In this document: positions 54,601-64,000 of the stretch, piece after piece
Layout of the letters: every line of letters begins with the position of its first letter
Numbering within the stretch: the stretch's first letter is position 1
Origin: an uncultured virus (IMG/VR IMGVR_UViG_3300010391_000003)
Lineage: Duplodnaviria > Heunggongvirae > Uroviricota > Caudoviricetes
Reading direction: 5' to 3' (one strand)
IMG/VR virus record: IMGVR_UViG_3300010391_000003
DNA length: 64,000 nt
Made by a program: the position numbers and the translations under genes
The notes under the pieces: model-generated
What the model saw: only the letters and a program-made list of their open reading frames with translations
Databases searched by the model: none
What the model was told of the DNA's origin: nothing

Positions 54601-54645
54601 ATAAACAAACTTAGTTTTTATACTTATAATATCTATTGTGATCTA

Positions 54646-55353
54646 ATGTCGGAAAAGAAATTTTACATATCTAAATCTGAAGGAATTTTGTTTCCAAAAA
54701 TTCCTATTTTATGTTTTTGTGGATGTAAAACAATAGTCTGGAATAGAGCAAATTATGTAAGAGGACATAATATAAGAGTATATTCGTATATAAAAGGAAA
54801 TCATCGTTCTGAAGATTCTATAAGAAAACAATCTATCGCAAACACAAAGACATTCCTTCTTGACGAATTCGGTAATAAAGAAATCTATCCATTTATCCCA
54901 ACTCTATGTATATGTGGTTGTAATGAAATTATTTGGGATTCAAGGACAACTATAAAAAGAGGTCACATCTCAAGAATTAATACACCCACAGAAAATCTTA
55001 AACTCGGTTGGGAATTAAATCAGACAGAAGAACATAAGAGTAAATTATCAAGAAATAGAAAGGAATTAATAAAAATTCGTCCTGATGTAATCAGAAGAGG
55101 AGAAAAACACCCAAGATAGAATGGTAGAAAGAAATTAAGAGAAGCAAGAGCAAACTACAAAAGATTAGAAAGAGGATTTATATTGCTTATAAATAAGAAT
55201 CCTTATAATGAACCAATAGATTATCATCATCCAGATTTTAACAAACCATATGTTGTACCGTGTCCGACAAGAGTACATGAAATGTTTACTGGAAGAAAAG
55301 ATCATCATCAATTAGTAAATGCATGGTTAGGAATTATTAGAATAGGAGAATAG
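54646..55353 (+). pseudogene. Homing-endonuclease-like gene interrupted by an in-frame TAG at 55117
   Basis: GEKHPR*NGR continues open for 77 codons (DYHH...VVPCPTRVH...HH) to TAG 55351-55353, abutting the PolB-N ATG. Confidence 0.75.
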
Positions 55354-55752
55354 ATGACAAAATATTATCAGATAAGAGTAGAATATAGAGTAGAGGAAGA
55401 GATTCCAGTAATCTATCTTTGGGGAAGACATCTTGAAACAATGGAAAAAGTATTATTCAAGGTGTTGGGTTTCGAGCCATATTTTTATGTTGCTGACTCC
55501 GAATCTGTCCCATCTATTCCACAAATAAAGCGAATACAATCGGGTTTCGTTGGAATTTTTGGAGAAAAATACAAAAAGATTGTTGTCGGAGTCCCAGAAG
55601 ATGTGAGAGATATTAAGCAAAATTTCACCAAAACTGGCGAAGCAGATATTCCATTCACCCGAAGGTTTCTTATAAATCTTGGTATCAGGAGATATTTCAC
55701 AGTTCCTGATGGAAAAACAGAATTAAATTATACGGAAGTTATTGGTGAATAA
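55354..55752 (+). CDS. Stand-alone N-terminal domain of a family B DNA polymerase
   Basis: PVIYLWGR, FEPYFYV, P.DVR..., EADIPFTRRFLI.LGI; stop codon before the exonuclease domain. Confidence 0.85.
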   Translation: MTKYYQIRVEYRVEEEIPVIYLWGRHLETMEKVLFKVLGFEPYFYVADSESVPSIPQIKRIQSGFVGIFGEKYKKIVVGVPEDVRDIKQNFTKTGEADIPFTRRFLINLGIRRYFTVPDGKTELNYTEVIGE

Positions 55753-56771
55753 AAATGTCGATGATGGACACAAGCACAAAATTTGAAAGAGAAAAAAGAA
55801 AGAAGATTATAATACATAATTGCAAAGAGTGCCCTCATATTTCGATAAAATACAGTGAAAAAGTACATGACAGAAAATATAATGCTTGTACAAATTCAGA
55901 CTATAAGATAATAAGATCATTAAAGACCATCCCAGATTGGTGTAAATTAGATAATGAGGAGTAAATAATATGAAAATTACAATAAAAAATTATGAGTTAG
56001 ATATATTTAGAATATTTATTTTAACAATATGTATAATTGTTTGGTTTATTGTGGGAAGTTTTCTTGGACAAATATCACCAGCACTACCAATTTTTTATGT
56101 TGCTATAACATTTGCATCACTTATGATGTTAGTACAAAATATTAATAAAAAGAGAATAAATATGAATGAATTAGATGAATCGTGAAAACATAGATATTTT
56201 GGAGAGAGAGAGATCTGATAAATACACAGTTTTAATTGCATGTATTGGGTTTATTATATTTTTTAATGGTATATTTAATCTATTTTCACCATTTAATGAA
56301 CTTGTAAATATAATAATTGATATTATTGTTACTTTTATTGGATTTTTAATATTATTTATATCATACATGTTTTATTTTAGAACAAGAAATCTGTGAAGGA
56401 AAAAATGGCAATAAAATTATATGAACCAAAATGGTATAAATATTGGTGTCACGGATTAAAAATTTATTTTAATACACATTTTAAATGTGAAGATGAAAGG
56501 CTTAATTCTATAAAAAGAACACACAAAGGATATATTATTCCAGATGATGCAAATCTTGGAGTTGAACCAAGTACATTATGGAACATAATACATATTGTTT
56601 CAATAATAGTAAGATTAATTTTATTAATTTGGATATTAATTTATTCATTTAGTTTTGGATGTGAAATATTTTCATTAACAATAGTTGCCATAATTTTAAT
56701 AAGATTTTTACCAATGATGAGTTGTAGCAGAAATTTTTTATATGATATAATATTTTAGATAAGGAGAGAAA

Positions 56772-57233
56772 ATGAAAATAAAAATATTTACTGATGAAGA
56801 GTATATGAGAATAGCAAAGAAAGTTTCTTGGAAATCACGATGTAAAAAAAGACAATTGGGTTGTATTCTTGTAGATATAGATGGTGGAATAATTGAAGGA
56901 ACAAATGGAGCACCAGTTCCATTAAAAGCCTGTGATCCATGTCCAAGAATGGTAATAAATTCAATCTCTGGTGCTGATTTAGATTTATGTCGAGCAGTTC
57001 ATGCAGAAAGACAGGCATTATTAATTGCAGCAAGATATGGAATAAAAACATGTGGATCAAAATTATATTCATATATGGGAGTGCCGTGTAAAGATTGTAT
57101 GATCGAATTAATTGAAGCTGGAGTTTCAGAAATTATTTGTGCGAAAGAAACATATTATGATGAGTTGTCAAAGGATATTGTAAAAGAATGGAAAACCTGT
57201 GGTAGCACACTTAGATTTATAAATATAGATTAA
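56772..57233 (+). CDS. dCMP deaminase
   Basis: S.C.KRQLG, G.NG.P, AVHAE..A, PCKDC, AGV. Confidence 0.9.
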   Translation: MKIKIFTDEEYMRIAKKVSWKSRCKKRQLGCILVDIDGGIIEGTNGAPVPLKACDPCPRMVINSISGADLDLCRAVHAERQALLIAARYGIKTCGSKLYSYMGVPCKDCMIELIEAGVSEIICAKETYYDELSKDIVKEWKTCGSTLRFINID

Positions 57234-57329
57234 GTAAATATTAAATACTATTTACTTTTATGAATAAAAACAAATAGGTTTATAACCATAGAAGTCTTTT
57301 AGTATATTCCTTATATTTTGAGGCATTTT

Positions 57330-57773
57330 ATGATGAATTCTATTATTAAAACTTGTATTTCAGAAGGCAACTTTGTACTTCATTCTGGTCAAAGATCAAA
57401 ATATTTATTTGATGTGTTAAAATTAATAGATAAGGAAGAATTCTTAAGTGAATTTTACAGATTTGTTCATTGTGATTTTATTGTTGGAATTGAATTCGGG
57501 GGAGCAATCTTAGCTTCTATTAATTCTGGAAGAAATTTAAGGTTTGCTATAATAAGAAAAGATGGAACAATATATGGTGATAAAATTCCTAAAGATTATG
57601 TTCTTTTAGATGATGTTGTAACAACAGAAAATAGTGTAAGAAAAGCTATGGAACAACTTGGAGGATTAGGACATTATCCAGACGAGATAAGATGTATTGT
57701 TGACAGAAGAAATAAAGAGAATAAGTCGTTACACATAGAGTCTATGTTAGAATGGAATGAGGAAGAAATATGA
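57330..57773 (+). CDS. pyrE: Orotate phosphoribosyltransferase-like type I PRTase
   Basis: GNFVLHSGQRS.Y.FD, G.EFGG, IIRK, LLDDVVTT, IVDR. Confidence 0.75.
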   Translation: MMNSIIKTCISEGNFVLHSGQRSKYLFDVLKLIDKEEFLSEFYRFVHCDFIVGIEFGGAILASINSGRNLRFAIIRKDGTIYGDKIPKDYVLLDDVVTTENSVRKAMEQLGGLGHYPDEIRCIVDRRNKENKSLHIESMLEWNEEEI

Positions 57774-58147
57774 ATAAAATAGAAGACAAATCTTTATTAC
57801 ATAATGGTGGACTTCTGATAATTGATGACGAAAAAGTAGGAGAAAGCGAAAGAATGAGACGTCTGAGAGCACAATTACCAGAACCACAAAGATGTACAAA
57901 ATGTCCAAATCCATTGTTTGATACAATGAAATCAAGTGATGAAGAACCTTATAGAATTGGTGGAAAACCTGTTTGTAGGGAGTGTTTCTTTAATGAACTT
58001 GGAGAAGAAATAGAAAGACATCCTATTGGTTTTCTACCAAGGATGGTAAAATGAGTTCATGTGATGTTTTTAGAGACTTTTTATAAGAAATTATATATGA
58101 ATATATTAATTGAAAGAAACCTTACTTGATTGGGAGACGGAATAAAT

Positions 58148-59872
58148 ATGGAAAAAATTATAAACGATTATATAGGAAAAACAGACTGGAGAGTACACGA
58201 AAATGCAAACACATCATATTCAATATCTGGTTTAAAAAGTTATATTGCTGCAAGTATATTGGCAAAAGACTCTCTTTCGAAATTACCAGAGCCGATAAGA
58301 GAAGCACACAAACGAGGAGCTATACATCTTCACGATTTAGACGGTTCTTTATATGTCCCATATTGTTATGGCGCAGACCTTCAGCAACTTCTTTTAGAGG
58401 GTTTAAAGAATCCTGTCGGAAGTAGTTCAACACCTGCAAAACACTTGGATACAGCAATAGACCACATTGTTAATTATATTTATATTTCTCAATCAGAATT
58501 TAATGGAGCACAAGCATTTTCAAATGTTGATACACTTCTTGCACCATTTGTAATAGGAAAAGATTACAAATATGTAAAACAACAAATACAGAGATTAATA
58601 TATAATATTTCATATCCGCTAAGAAGTGCTTTTCAAACACCATTCTTTAATGCTTCATTTGATATTATACCTCCTAAACATATGAAAGATGAACCTATTG
58701 TTGTCGGTGGAAAAACAGACGAGAAATTATCATATGGTGATATGCAAAAAGAAATGGATATGATAAATTCTTCATTTCTTGAATTAATGATAAGTGGAGA
58801 TTCAAAAGGAAAACCATTTACATTTCCAATACCAACATATGGTGTTACAAAAGAACTGTTGAGAAAGGATGATGATGTTACAAGACTTTTATATACATTA
58901 ACAGCCAAATTTGGTTCGCCAAACTTTCAAAATTATATAAAATCTGGAAATGATCCTTCTGATGTTAGAAGTATGTGTTGTAGAATGTCATTGGACATTG
59001 CAAAGTTGAAATCTCGTGGTCTTTGGAATATGGGAAATAGAACAGGATCTTTGGGAGTAGTCACAATAAATCTAAATCATGCTTCTAAAGATGGAGAAGA
59101 AAAATTTATAGAAAATATAGATTCTGTATATGATTTATCTGTAGAAGAACTTTTAATAAAACATAAATATATACAAGAGGCATTTGACAGAGGATTACTT
59201 CCATTCACAAGACAATATTTGCCAAATAAAGATCCATTTAGAACATTTTTTAATACAATCGGAATTCACGCTATGAATGAAGCTTGTATAAATATGTTTG
59301 AATCAAATATAGAATCTAATCAAGATTTTGTTGTTGACATTTTAAAACACATAAGACACAGAACTGATGAAACGACAGAAGAAACGGGACTCTTGTTTAA
59401 CTTAGAAGAAACTCCATGTGAAGGTGCTACACGTCGATTAGCAAAACTTGACAAAAAATTAGGACTTCCAACACAGGGAGAAGAATCACCATATCTTACA
59501 AATTCTACACATTGTCCAGTTAATACAGGATTAGATTGGATACAAAATGTAAGAATCCAGGAGAAGTTTAAACCATTTTATTCTGGTGGAACAATATTAC
59601 ATGGATTTATTGGAGAAGAAATATCACCAGAAAGTGCCAAACATATAGTAAAACAGATGACTTGTGAAACAAAAATACCTTATTATAATGTAACGCCAAC
59701 ATTTTCTCATTGTAATAATCATAGTCATATATCTGGAAATGTACCAATATGCCCGAAGTGTAATGAAGAAACCTTGGTGTACTCACGTGTGGTTGGATAT
59801 CTGCAACCCACAATCAAGTGGAGCGACTCCAAAAAAGAAGAATTTAAAGATAGAAAAATGTATAAGATGTGA
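58148..59872 (+). CDS. nrdD: Anaerobic (class III) ribonucleoside-triphosphate reductase
   Basis: ENAN, H..G.IHLHDL, PYC, GAQA, FTFPIPT, SMCCR, LEETPCEG, YSGGT.LH, C..H...CPKC, RVVGYL glycyl-radical motif. Confidence 0.95.
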   Translation: MEKIINDYIGKTDWRVHENANTSYSISGLKSYIAASILAKDSLSKLPEPIREAHKRGAIHLHDLDGSLYVPYCYGADLQQLLLEGLKNPVGSSSTPAKHLDTAIDHIVNYIYISQSEFNGAQAFSNVDTLLAPFVIGKDYKYVKQQIQRLIYNISYPLRSAFQTPFFNASFDIIPPKHMKDEPIVVGGKTDEKLSYGDMQKEMDMINSSFLELMISGDSKGKPFTFPIPTYGVTKELLRKDDDVTRLLYTLTAKFGSPNFQNYIKSGNDPSDVRSMCCRMSLDIAKLKSRGLWNMGNRTGSLGVVTINLNHASKDGEEKFIENIDSVYDLSVEELLIKHKYIQEAFDRGLLPFTRQYLPNKDPFRTFFNTIGIHAMNEACINMFESNIESNQDFVVDILKHIRHRTDETTEETGLLFNLEETPCEGATRRLAKLDKKLGLPTQGEESPYLTNSTHCPVNTGLDWIQNVRIQEKFKPFYSGGTILHGFIGEEISPESAKHIVKQMTCETKIPYYNVTPTFSHCNNHSHISGNVPICPKCNEETLVYSRVVGYLQPTIKWSDSKKEEFKDRKMYKM

Positions 59873-59897
59873 AAAAATTACGGTAGATGATATAATA

Positions 59898-60305
59898 ATG
59901 TTTCTTTTTTATTTTATTTTATTTATTATTTTTATTTATCTAATAATAAAACTTTTAAGCGGAACAAGAGAACTATATATTGATGAGAATGGATATTACA
60001 GATATGTATATAATCAAAAACTTGTTCATCGAGATGTTGCATATAAATATATTTATAAAAATAATAAACATAAATATCCCCTAAGATTTAGAAATTATCA
60101 GGTACATCATAAAAATAGAAATAAATTAGATAATGATGTTGAAAATTTACAAATTGTCACAAGAGAAGAACACGAAAAAATACACGGAATTACAAAAATT
60201 AATAGAGAATGGTCTCGATGTAGTTGTTTGGATAAATATGGACAACAAGTAAATCATTGCACAGATTGTGGAAATCATAAATATTTGCCAGATATTTATC
60301 GATAA
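59898..60305 (+). CDS. HNH-family nuclease with N-terminal TM helix
   Basis: Hydrophobic N-terminus; NGY...VHR.VA...VHHKN.NKLDN..ENLQ...EH...H. Confidence 0.7.
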   Translation: MFLFYFILFIIFIYLIIKLLSGTRELYIDENGYYRYVYNQKLVHRDVAYKYIYKNNKHKYPLRFRNYQVHHKNRNKLDNDVENLQIVTREEHEKIHGITKINREWSRCSCLDKYGQQVNHCTDCGNHKYLPDIYR

Positions 60306-62440
60306 ATTTAAAATAATAAAGGAGAAATTAAATAAATGTCAGAAATAATAGTAAATGTAAGATGGCTGGATAGATAGGAAAAATTTATGGGCTGGTCAAA
60401 TTATATAATAATACAAAAATTAAAACTTATAATTGAAACAAGTCGAAATATTAATGAAATCTATGATTTCCAAAAGAAAGCATTAGGCTATTTGATTGAC
60501 GATGAAAGAACAATAGAACTCGAAGAACAAGATATATCAAATATAAATATTAAAAATATATCTATTAAAGATTTGGCAATACTATTTTCTACATATGAAC
60601 AAGCTGAAAAAATCTCTGGAATGGAGGAAGACAAATTTCTTTTATATTGGTTAGGATATAAAAATATAGATTATAAAATCATATCTGAATTTGAAATTAC
60701 TAAAGATATAGATGAATATAAAAAAACATATACAATTATTAGAATGTATGAGGAATAAGAATGAAATGTATCAGTCCAGAATGTGAAAATGATGCTACTG
60801 ATTGTTTTTGGTGTGATAAGTGTCTCGATGAATTAGGAAATTATATCGAAGAACATGGTATGGGATTTATTCCATCTTATAAAACAAATAACCTTATTAA
60901 ATAGTACAAGTTATTAAAATATATTTATGGGCAGCATTCATCAAGAAGTAAAATTAAAAATAAAATGTCCAAGATGTGGAGAACCATTATATGGTTTTTC
61001 AATGTTTGATGATTACAACCAAGAAGATCATACAACTTATTGTAAGAAGTGTAATTTTACAGAATCATTCGACGAAACCTATACAAGAATAAATAAGAAG
61101 GAAACAACATGAAAACCAAAGAAAATATAATAGAAAGACTTAAAGATGATATAAATGCTCTTTCAACAGCTCCAAATGAGAAGTATGAATTAATCTATAT
61201 AAATGATATTAAAACAATGATCTGGTTTTTGGAATAAGAGTCAATATTTATGGAAAGGTCATGCGAATTTTGTTTTAACAACAAAACATCAGAATGTAAT
61301 AGTTGCAGTGAATATATGGAAAAATTTGTAAAAGATGACTTATTAAATGAAAAAAGTCACGGATGTTAGAATGTCAAAAAGAATAGTATCAGGAACAGAA
61401 GAAAATGGTGTCTCTATCCAAATTGAAGGAGATATTGTTGAGATTGTGATGTGGTATGATTATAGTGAAATTCATACTGAAACAATAACACTCGAAAGAT
61501 TTAAGCGAGAACTTGGCTTATAGAAAGATTAATATAGTAATAGAACTATACTACTCTCTATGAGTGGAGACAAAGAGTCGTTAAGAAGAATATTAATATC
61601 AGAAATAGAAGATGCAGTCAGTTCTGGGAATCTTGCAAGACGAAGATATTTATTAGACAAAATTCGAGATCTTGACAAAGAACAATCAAGAGCAAAGTAC
61701 AAATCAAAACAAATTATAGAAGACGAGAAAGAATATATGAGATTGGCAGATGAAAGAGCAAGATTAAACAATTATATGCCAACAAATTTGGTTGATAATA
61801 AAAAACAATTCTGGAAAATCTAAAAAATAAAAATTATGACAGAAATTGAGGACTTAAAGAGTATAATTAACGATCTTACACTTGTTGTCGAAATGTACAT
61901 TGATAACTATCCTTTCGACGAAGATCATAAAGCCAAACATCGAATTTTGGTAAATGAAGCCTCATTTATGATTGGAAAACCACGAAGTATAAAAGAATTA
62001 ATAAAAATTTTAAATATAGAAGATAAATTAGAACCTGGAATATTAGAAATACTTAAAAAAGATACACATTGGGAATAAATTATGTACAAAAGAATGTTGA
62101 AAAAGGCACAAAAAATTGTCATAAATCCAAAAAGATTGTGTGATAATAGAGAACAATATCCTGTTGAATGGCTTTTAAAAGATGCAAAAAATACTGGATA
62201 CTTTACCAATCTTGACAGAATAAAATGTGCAATATTATACATGGATAAAAATAATCATTCAAATCATCAAGGTCTTTCAGAAGAAGACAAAGCAAAAGTA
62301 GAAAAATTGATACAATATGATGATATTGTTGATATAGTTTTATTGACATTATTTCAGTGGTTCGGAACAAATGTTGGAAAGAATGACATAGGAAAACTTT
62401 TAGACGAAATTCGAAAATTAAAATATGAGGAAGTTAAATT

Positions 62441-62728
62441 GTGATTACAATACCAAAATTAATACCACTTGATATTAATAAATTAAAACAAACTTCTGAA
62501 AAACCAAATCGAAGTAGAAGAAGAGCAACACGAAAGCTTAACATTCTGAGAAGAGATAATTATAAGTGTGTCACTTGTGGAATTGGTGAAAATCTAACAA
62601 TTGCACATCTAAATCCCATAAGAGCAAGTAATAGAGGAGCATCTCATTTTAAATTGAACGAATGTAAAACACAATGTATTGATTGTCATATAACAGAAGA
62701 ATTTGGACAAATTTATAAATCAGAATAA
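62441..62728 (+). CDS. Small HNH endonuclease (McrA-like)
   Basis: ILRRDNYKCVTCG...LTIAH..P...C..CH. Confidence 0.7.
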   Translation: MITIPKLIPLDINKLKQTSEKPNRSRRRATRKLNILRRDNYKCVTCGIGENLTIAHLNPIRASNRGASHFKLNECKTQCIDCHITEEFGQIYKSE

Positions 62729-62742
62729 TAAGGTAGTAAATT

Positions 62743-62996
62743 ATGAGTAAAGAAACCAGAATAAAGAATATCAGGAAAGAATCTATAAATTAAAATCTGA
62801 AATTGACTTTTGTAATGAACAAATAGATGAACTTAATGGTCTTACAGAAACTTGTCCACATTGCAAAGGAGAAGGTCGATTTATGACAATCCACCGAATG
62901 TTTGGGCAACATTCTTATACAAATTGTTATGTTTGTCGTGGAAAAGGTAAAATTACTATAGAAGAAGTAATAGAATATAATAAAGAACATAAGTAA
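62743..62996 (+). pseudogene. DnaJ-type CxxCxGxG zinc-finger gene with an early frameshift
   Basis: MSKETRIK then a shifted frame EYQERIYK...CPHCKGEG...CYVCRGKG. Confidence 0.5.
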
Positions 62997-64000
62997 TGGA
63001 ATGATAAAATGAACAAATGTTATATGTGTAATAAAGAAGTATCCATAACTGAAAAACCTGGAAATTTCTATATAAAAGTAATGAATCAGACAGAAAATAA
63101 TGAATATTTTGGAAATAAACCCATTTATGTGTGGTTTTGTTCTTGGGAACACTTAGAAGATTTTATAAAACAAGAAAATTAATACAAAGTATTATATACT
63201 TTTAAATCATACTTAGTATCTATGTCTAAAATTCCTTGTCAATGGTGTAAAAACCAAAATAATTGTAAAAATTGTAGTGAAATAAAGACAAATTTCCAAT
63301 ATTATGGTTGGTGGAGAAATTAAAAATGACAAGATATGATGATGATAAATTTAGTTGTTCAAAATGGAAACCCAAAAAAGACAAAGACGAAATAAAACAT
63401 ATTTATCCAAATAAAACTCTTTATCAGAGAAGAGTAAATTTATATTCAATTCCTGGAATTCAAGAAGTTATTTTTAGAGAAGATAGAAAGAATAAGCCTT
63501 GGTGGAAGTTTTGGTAATAAAAAATGTAAAAACTAAATATTTAATAAGGATGGAAATAAATATGACAGAAAATAATTCTGAATTTAAATATCGTGAATTT
63601 TGGAGAAGTTGAAAATTATGATGAAATGTAAATTTTGTGAAGAAAATATTATATATAAAAATGGAAGATGGCAACATCTATATTTAAGATCACATATTAT
63701 TTCACATGATGCTATTCCAAATGAATATAAACCAGATCCATTTATGCATTGTAAATAATTATGATTAATGAAAAAGAAGAAAAACGACAACAAAAACTTG
63801 TTGAAATTCAAAATTGGATAGATAATTTAGAATGGTATCAAACCAACGAAGGTTTCAATTATTCACAAGAAATATTACAATTTAAAGGTTTTTTAAATTG
63901 GTGGAAAAATACTGATATTAAACAAATAGAAAGAATTAAAGGAAAGTATCCAATAAAATACATTGGTAAAACCATGAAATGTAAAATCTGTGGAGATCCA

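Larger units (their letters stand above)
1..64000 (+). mobile_element. Segment of a large archaeal virus or virus-like extrachromosomal element
   Basis: Unidirectional dense gene layout; archaeal TATA/BRE promoters; own clamp, clamp loader, primase, RNR and homing endonucleases; many small orphan ORFs; no ribosomal or central housekeeping genes. Confidence 0.85.

Noticed and set aside
189..63811. Minus-strand ORFs in the track
   Set aside because: Almost all are antisense shadows of longer + strand genes, with biased Phe/Ile/Ser/Leu composition and no motifs or promoters
1..64000. CRISPR array or mini-array (a Cas4-like gene is present)
   Set aside because: No regularly spaced 25-40 nt repeats seen; the Cas4-like nuclease fits a viral recombination module
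1..64000. Genome-wide stop-codon reassignment
   Set aside because: TAG, TGA and TAA all end conserved genes at expected positions; in-frame stops are isolated (55117, 43889)
1..64000. Diversity-generating retroelement or Borg-type tandem repeat arrays
   Set aside because: No reverse transcriptase, no TR/VR pair with adenine-specific mismatches and no perfect tandem repeat arrays seen

Overview
AT-rich segment with essentially all real genes on the + strand. It reads as part of the genome of a large archaeal virus or virus-like extrachromosomal element with an anaerobic host. Evidence: BRE/TATA promoters about 25 nt before many starts, archaeal-type RFC, PCNA-like clamp, primase and PolB N-terminal domain, and a class III RNR. 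Left end (1-10.5 kb): a probable morphogenesis/membrane module with a giant GNAT-containing protein, two pilin-like helical-hairpin proteins and a 1305-aa Gly-rich/FN3 adhesin. No HK97 capsid, portal or terminase is recognisable in the window. The rest mixes replication/recombination genes, nucleotide-supply genes (dcd, dCMP deaminase, OPRT, nrdD), a dispersed RNA end-repair toolkit (two RNA ligases, kinase, phosphatase, bacterial-type CCA-adding enzyme, ART-fold protein), several free-standing homing endonucleases and dozens of small zinc-finger ORFs. Most notable: (i) a ~220-nt, independently transcribed, multi-junction and possibly pseudoknotted ncRNA next to the primase; (ii) two 63-nt stem-closed elements with shared loop motifs, one complementary to viral ribosome-binding sites; (iii) an HNH gene that splits a SNF2 helicase into two ORFs with no intron or intein sequence; (iv) a stand-alone PolB N-terminal domain. 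All calls come from motif recognition by eye; no database search or folding program was run.
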